Assembly: GCF_009914755.1 (NCBI RefSeq)
Contig: NC_060936.1
Length of the DNA: 64,000 nt
Strand: one strand, 5' to 3'
Source: the human T2T-CHM13v2.0 reference genome, Homo sapiens
Part shown: in pieces, positions 56,823 to 64,000 of the stretch
Layout: each line of letters opens with the position of its first letter
Position numbering within the stretch: position 1 is the first letter of the stretch
The notes under the pieces: model-generated
What the model saw: only the letters and a program-made list of their open reading frames with translations
Told to the model about the DNA's origin: nothing
Database searches by the model: none
Program-made: the position numbers and the translations under genes

Positions 56823-56975
56823 CTTTGGTTTGCCAGCCCGGTTGGTGACCAGCCTGAGGTCCTTCACGGTGCCATGAGCCTTACAGATTTCTTCTAGTTC
56901 CTCTTTAGTACAGGAGAAAGGCAGGCCTGAGATGAACAGCTTGTGTTTCTCTAGGGAAGTGCTGTACCTGAACAC
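56823..56975 (-). CDS. SART3: SART3 exon 17 (RRM2 N-half)
   Basis: VFRYSTSLEKHKLFISGLPFSC...NRAGKPK; 153 nt. Confidence 0.96.
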
Positions 56976-57464
56976 CTATAGGAAGAAGGAAGACAGAGAA
57001 AAACCATGATTCGAGGCATGACCCAGCTCACCTGACTCCTCTGACACCAGCCTTGTCCCCATGAGCAGCCCAGCCAGGCAGACTAGAGCCAAGCCATGCT
57101 CTGAAACTTGTTAATGGGGCCACCGGAGCGAGTCACTTAACCTCTCCAGGCCTCCATGTCTTCCTCTGTAAAACGGCAAGAATAAAAGTAACCATTCACA
57201 GAGTCTCATGAGGAGTCAATGAGCTGACACACATAAAGCATTCAGCACAGTCCCTTGTCATTACTAAGCACCCAGCAAGAAGGAGCCATGCCATGAGTCA
57301 GACCTCAGTCAACCGGCTCAGGATGGACCTTGGCTCACAAGGAAGTTTAGATCCAAACAGAGCGTAAAACTTCCATGTCTATCCTAAATATCACTGCTGC
57401 AGGAAGAAAGTGCCTGTCTAAAGCAACCACAGATGAAAGGCATTCTTTTTTTCCATAAACCTAC

Positions 57465-57919
57465 CTTAAAATCGGGGTTTTTGCTCTTATCCACACAGGG
57501 GGAAACAAACATTGGCCTCCCTTCTACACTTTTCCGGTCCATCTCCAGTGCCTGAAGGGCTGATTTCTCTTCTTTAAACTCCACGTAGCAGTAACCTCGG
57601 AAATCCCCACGGTTGCTGAAGATGGGTCGGATCTGGACCACCTCCCCACAGGCCTCGAAGAGTGGCCTGAGCTTCGTGTCCGGCTCCTGCATGCTGTAGG
57701 GCAGGTTGCTGACAAAGACGGTGATGCTGTCCTTGCTGCTGTCGTGCAGCACCTTGGGCATGTCCCTCTTCAGGGAGGCTGCCTTCTCCTTCTGCTTCGA
57801 AGGGGGCTCCACATCTACGGCAGCACATTTCCCAGCGGGCCCTGCTGCTACTTCTACATTTTGTGTTTCTCCAGCTGCAGGGATGCTGTTCTCGACCCTT
57901 CTGCGTTTGGAAGGCTGCT
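57465..57919 (-). CDS. SART3: SART3 exon 16 (basic segment + RRM1)
   Basis: EQPSKRRR...VFVSNLPYS...RGYCYVEF...NPDFK; 455 nt. Confidence 0.96.
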
Positions 57920-59087
57920 CTACAGGTTTTCAAAAGAAAAGTAGCCATGGTTAACTGTTACTTCTCTTCAGGGAGCTTGAACAGAGGTGTGAAGTGAAAG
58001 TGCTGTGACAGCTGCATGTGACACTTACTCCCTCACCAGACTCGGAGGGGCAAGCACCACCCCGAGAAGTCTTTTGTGATCCGCCTGACCTGTCCCACGA
58101 CTTTCTGTGCCCCAATTACACTCGGGTAAGTGGGCTCAATCAAGTGGAAGTAATAACATAAATCCCCATTGTCCACTCTTAATTATACAAAAGGCCAGTG
58201 GATCTCAAAGTTCAGAAGGCAAATTCCAGGGCCCCTCTCCTACAAAGCCCAGATCAGCAGGGTTGGGATAGGACATGAGAATCTGCACTGGAAAAGCACC
58301 CTAGTGACTGATACCCGTGCCCCAGGGAGCACATTTTGGAAAGCACTACAAAGGATCTGTGGTTTCTAAAACACTTTCAATATGGCCTTGTGTCCTTAAG
58401 AGAGCTTAACCACAATCTTCTACTGCAGTCTGTCCTCACCACTGCCTCCAGAGGGCCAGTACTGAAGCTCAACAGACATCAGCCTCCGGCAAACAGACCT
58501 CCCCATCAGTTCACCCGCTGCCTTTCCAATGCAACGTGAGCCCTGCACACTGCTACTGTATTCAAGAGTGTCCCTGGGCTGGGTCCAGCTGACTGGCCCA
58601 CCTACCACTCCAGCCTCCTCGACCACTGCCCCACCCCTCTCTAATGCATCTGAGTTCAAACCCAATTATCTGCTGCTCACAGAAAATGCCAGGCTGTGCT
58701 GTGCCTTCAGGCTGTACTAACATTGGCTCCTCCCTGTGTAGCTCAGACCTTCCCTTCTCGCTGCCACAGTCACTCGGTCTTCCCCCTGGATGCCGCATCT
58801 CTTCCCCCACAGTCTTCCTGGTACGAAGTTGACCCACTAGTGCCTTCTTTGGCCTCCACCAGTATTAACAATGCCATCTCCCACAGTCCTGATCACACGC
58901 CATGCCCTGATCACACACCACTGCGGTCACACATCACATTTGCCTTATTCTGCCAAACTGGGAGGCCAGTGGAGCAATGAGCCATCCTCAGTCATTTAGG
59001 AAAGCCCAAACAAGGTGTGCAAGCAAGGTCAACTCAACGATGGATGACTCCATTCCCAGTTCTCTCTGGCTCACACATCTGTATTAA

Positions 59088-59430
<343 letters not shown>

Positions 59431-59566
59431 ACCAGAGACAATTCTTTACCTTGACTGACTCTCTGAAATAAATATGACCCAGAGCTGCCCGTCCCTGAAA
59501 TTACAAGGGTGAAAGAAACACTGCTGGAAAATTCCACTAAGTCAGAACCATTAAAAGCAGGGCCAA

Positions 59567-59869
59567 GGCCAGGTGCAGTGTCTCATGCCTGTAATAACAG
59601 CACTTTGGGAGGCCAAGGCGGGAGGATCACTTGAGGTCAGGAGTTCAAGACCAGCCTGGCTAACATGGTGAAACCCCGTCTCTACTAAAATACAAAAATT
59701 AGCTGGGCATGGTGGCTGGCAAAGTGTAATCCCAGCTACTTGGAAGGCTGAAGGAAGAGAATCACTTGAACCCAGGAGGCGGAGGTTGCAGTGAGCCGAG
59801 ATCACGCAACTGCACTCCAGCCTGGGCGACAGAGCGAGACTCCCTCTCAAAAAAAAAAAAAAAAAAAAA
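59567..59869 (+). mobile_element. AluS in SART3 intron 15
   Basis: TSD aaaag(c/t)agggccaa. Confidence 0.94.
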
Positions 59870-60207
59870 GTAGGGCCAAGCCTGGCAGGTCTGTGCAGGG
59901 TTGGGGCTGCAGCAGTGGTGCAGGATGCTAGAGCCTGAATGGAAGGAAGAAGACAGGCAGGCATGGGGCAGTGACAGGGACCCAGCAGCCTAGATCTGGA
60001 AGCCTGAGTGAAAGAAGCAAGGGTGTCCATGCAGGGCCGTGCCTGGCCCCGGGTGTGGGAGACCAAACAGGGTGGGGATGGCACATATGAGAAGGGGAGG
60101 CAGGCACAGGAAGTTGATTACATACCTACAGGGGCCGGGTGGAGTAACTGAGGATGCTGAGAATAGAGGGAGCCAAGTTTCTCAAGGTCAGAGAAGGGCG
60201 TGACACA

Positions 60208-60512
<305 letters not shown>

Positions 60513-61508
60513 TTAAAAAGAGAGAGAAGGGCATTGCAAGTGTGAAGGGGAACCCTGTGGTGTTAGACCGGAACTGGAGGTATTGGTGTGAAATCATGAC
60601 TTTCAGTATATACAAATAGTTACACAAGTAAATATGGTCATAAATATGTGTACACATGCACACGCACACGCACACACACACACACTCCCTACCCTCGACC
60701 ACTCAGGCCTCAGAACAATAACCAACAGCAGTGAGCACAACTAGCACCTTCTAAATACCACTCATCACTCAAAGGAACCTTGGAGAAATGATGGATTCCA
60801 GGGCTGAGTTATGGAAAGTATAAGATGACCCTTGGGTATTGTGTGCTAGAAGGTAAGGAAATGATCAAAGAACAAGGGGACAGGTCAAAGGGACATAGAA
60901 GCCTGTGTGAAGGAACTCTTGCTAGCCAAACCTGGGATAAGTAGAGAATCAGCATAAATAATTCTCAAAAGGGTCGTCACCAGTGATGGAACAAAGCGAA
61001 TCACAGTCCACCTGATGGGACTCAATGGGCAGGCCACAGGAGCACTTGTGCACTATTCCTGCCCGAGATGCATGAGTGGAATCCAATGCTTAGGGAGCAT
61101 CAGACACACCCAGGCTGAGGGGCACAACACAGCAACTGGCCTGCCCCCTTCCAAGACTGCAGGTCATCAGAGTAAAAAAAAAAAGCTGAGGAGTGCTCCA
61201 GACTTAAGGAGATCCAGGAGACAGGACAACTAAACACAATAGTGCATCCTGAACCGGATCCTTTCACTACAAAGGACATTATCAGGATAAATGGGAACCC
61301 ATAGCTCATTGCTAACCCCGGCTCTGATGGCTGCATTCTAGTCATGTAGAAGAGGGCCCCTTGTTTGCAAGACATACACCCTAACAGTGATCAAAGGGTA
61401 ATGGGTATCAAGCTGGTAACGGTTCAGGGAAGAAAGTTCTTCATACTGTATTCGCAACTTCTCTAACTTTAAGACGTTTCAAAACACAATTTCTCAAGAG
61501 CTCCTTAC

Positions 61509-61677
61509 CTTCTTCATCATCGCCCCACTCTTTCTCATCGTCCTCATCTGCTCCGCGCTTCTCTGGGCCTCTGATCTTTTTCTTCTTTTTTAACGCTTTC
61601 TTCTCAGCCCGAGCTCTTTTCCGTTGTTCAGCCTTTTCTTCTTCTTGCTGCACAAGGGCTGCTTCCTTCTCTGCAGC
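61509..61677 (-). CDS. SART3: SART3 exon 15 (coiled-coil/NLS region)
   Basis: AAEKEAALVQQEEEKAEQRKRARAEKKALKKKKKIRGPEKRGADEDDEKEWGDDEE; 169 nt. Confidence 0.96.
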
Positions 61678-61941
61678 CTAGAAAAGTGGGAAGATGATGC
61701 ATCGCTGGATGTGGCAATTACATTCACTGTACTGATTTGTCATGAAAGGGGAGAAGGAGTGGAAATTCATTACTAATGAAAAGCAGAGATCAGGAGAAAA
61801 ACGTGGACAGGCTCACGGCTGTTCCACACCAGGGCTCATTCAGGTTCGTTGGAATTCTGGATCTGATGTCTCTGTTACATTAGCAATTTCCTCACCCTAA
61901 TCATTACTCACCAAAAGGAAGGCAAAAAAATCCATAAAACT

Positions 61942-62283
<342 letters not shown>

Positions 62284-62570
62284 TCACTAGGCTAAGTGAG
62301 GCTCTTCTTTATTCTTTTTCATCAATTCTCGTAAATTTCAGAGCCAAAATTCCCTCACTAAATGAAACAAGTACTTAATATTGGGGCTGATGTTTTAGAA
62401 CAATGTAAAAATGACACAAGACAGGTTTAAGCATTGATCTAAATATTTTATAATTAATACTGAGTAAAAGACACTTAGGAAAATGTAAAACATCTTGACA
62501 AGAAACATCCATACCAAACTGAGCCAAAATAGCTACCAGAGGTGCCAAAGACTTCAAACATTGTCATTAC

Positions 62571-62647
62571 CTTCATTCTCTGCTCATTGACACGAGCTAA
62601 TCGGGTTTCAGTTTTCTGAACAGCTATATCCCAATCTTCTAAAGAAC
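62571..62647 (-). CDS. SART3: SART3 exon 14 (absent from ORF track)
   Basis: (G)SLEDWDIAVQKTETRLARVNEQRMK; 77 nt, AG/GT borders, phases join neighbours. Confidence 0.94.
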
Positions 62648-63186
62648 CTTGAAAGAAAGAGAAGCAAAACTTTCACTCTTTAGGATTTTGAAGGATACAA
62701 TCACATAAATTTTTCTTAATTTCTCTGTACCTCCAGAAGAGATCTCTCCCATCAAACAATAAGAAAATGTAATCCCTGTAGGCTTGAAGTTCAGAATTCA
62801 AATAGTCCTTCTAAGTGGGTTTAAAATGTCCCTCTCCTTTCAGGAGAGACTTGAAAACCAGAATATGATCTATTAAGGGCTCTAAATGGCAAAGAATATG
62901 AAAACGAACGTTCTAATGCAAAAGTACATTTATATTAAGACTGAAGAATTTTAAGAGCTACTCAAATGTTGAGGCATTTATTTCTTATTTTTTGGTGGTC
63001 TTTGATTGCCAGTTCTGAGGGGTCCATACCCAAAATCCAGACCAATACCCACAGATAAGTTCACATTATTTTTCTATTGGTTCTAGCTAACACTGAAGGC
63101 TCTGAAATTTAACAAGGGATGCAAAGGACACATTGAGCCATTTGCCTCTCCAAGCTCCTTTGTTGGATAGATGTTGTACTAGAGCA

Positions 63187-63370
63187 CAGTGACTCTCAAA
63201 GGAGGGATCCTGCCCATCAAGAGACATTTGGCAATGTTAAGAGACATTTCTGGTTGTCATGTTTGGTTGTGGTGGTGAAGCTGCTACTGGCATTTCAGGG
63301 CTAGAAGCCAGGGATGCCCCTAAACATTGTATAACGCACAGTCCCCCCCACAAAGAATTAGAACCCTGTG
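63187..63370 (+). mobile_element. MER20-like element
   Basis: gacatttggcaatg...gacatttctggttgtca...tgctactggcat...gccagggatg. Confidence 0.8.
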
Positions 63371-63588
63371 CTACAGTGACATCACAGAGTCCTCCTTGTA
63401 GCTGCAGAATTTGAGAAGAGCTGCAGGAGGACTCATTTTCAGGACACTTGTGACAGTCTAATCATAGGGCACCACCTAAGGTGGCAGCATAAACACAGTC
63501 TGTCCCCAGACTGTAACCAGATGCTCCTACTTGAGACCAAACAGCAAATGGGTTAGGCTCCAAGCCAGAAGAGAGCTGGGGGTCCCAC

Positions 63589-63701
63589 CTTCTGTCCTCT
63601 CCATGGTGAGTAACACTTCGCAGACGTGCTCTGGGTAGTCACTGGTGCACTGGACGGCCCGGTGCAGAGCCTTCCGGCAGTGCTGGGTGTCACCATGAGC
63701 T
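63589..63701 (-). CDS. SART3: SART3 exon 13 (HAT-repeat region); upstream exons outside window
   Basis: (R)AHGDTQHCRKALHRAVQCTSDYPEHVCEVLLTMERTE(G); 113 nt. Confidence 0.95.
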
Positions 63702-64000
63702 CTAAGGCAGAAAACAAAAAGTTGCTGCCACCAGGACACAAAGTGGAAGGCACTCGAAGGGAGAGGCCGTCTTCTCCCAGGTAGAAACTCACTCTTCAGT
63801 AACTCTAGCTTCTGAGAAGACCTTAGCTTTCAGATCTATCCATGATGCTTTCTCCTTCCAGAGTCTCTACAGTCACCTACGAAGTATTTCCCTGAAGCAC
63901 TCTCTCCCTCAGCCATGTAGGGGCTACTGGAAAGTGTACCTGATATTGTGATCTGCAACCAGCATTCTGCCTTTACAGCATTCACATGTGCGGCACATGG

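Overview
Human-like (Alu-rich primate) genomic DNA, recognisable as the FICD/SART3 locus. About 46 kb of repeat-dense upstream DNA (Alu, L1, L2/MIR, MaLR/ERV LTRs, hAT MERs) is followed by a CpG-island promoter and the complete three-exon FICD (HYPE) gene on +. FICD encodes the 458-aa ER BiP AMPylase/deAMPylase; its CDS is 48335-48635 + 49762-50837. The last seven coding exons and 3' UTR of SART3 lie on -, tail-to-tail with FICD. Almost all other ORFs in the track are Alu/L1/GC-rich artefacts. Most notable observations: (1) a ~1 kb insert with R-U5-PBS-(collapsed internal)-PPT-U3-R-polyA structure and a target-site duplication, i.e. an LTR9/HUERS-P3-like ERV mRNA copied back by L1 machinery; (2) a candidate two-tier ER-stress control of FICD, with an exact ERSE (CCAAT-N9-CCACG) in the promoter plus a 10-codon uORF whose stop overlaps the AUGAUG start; (3) a consensus 5' splice site 3 nt inside FICD's last exon; (4) a likely SART3 poly(A) signal inside an antisense L1 remnant. 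Repeat family names are from recognition, not a database search, and repeat boundaries are approximate. lncRNA exons cannot be called from sequence alone.
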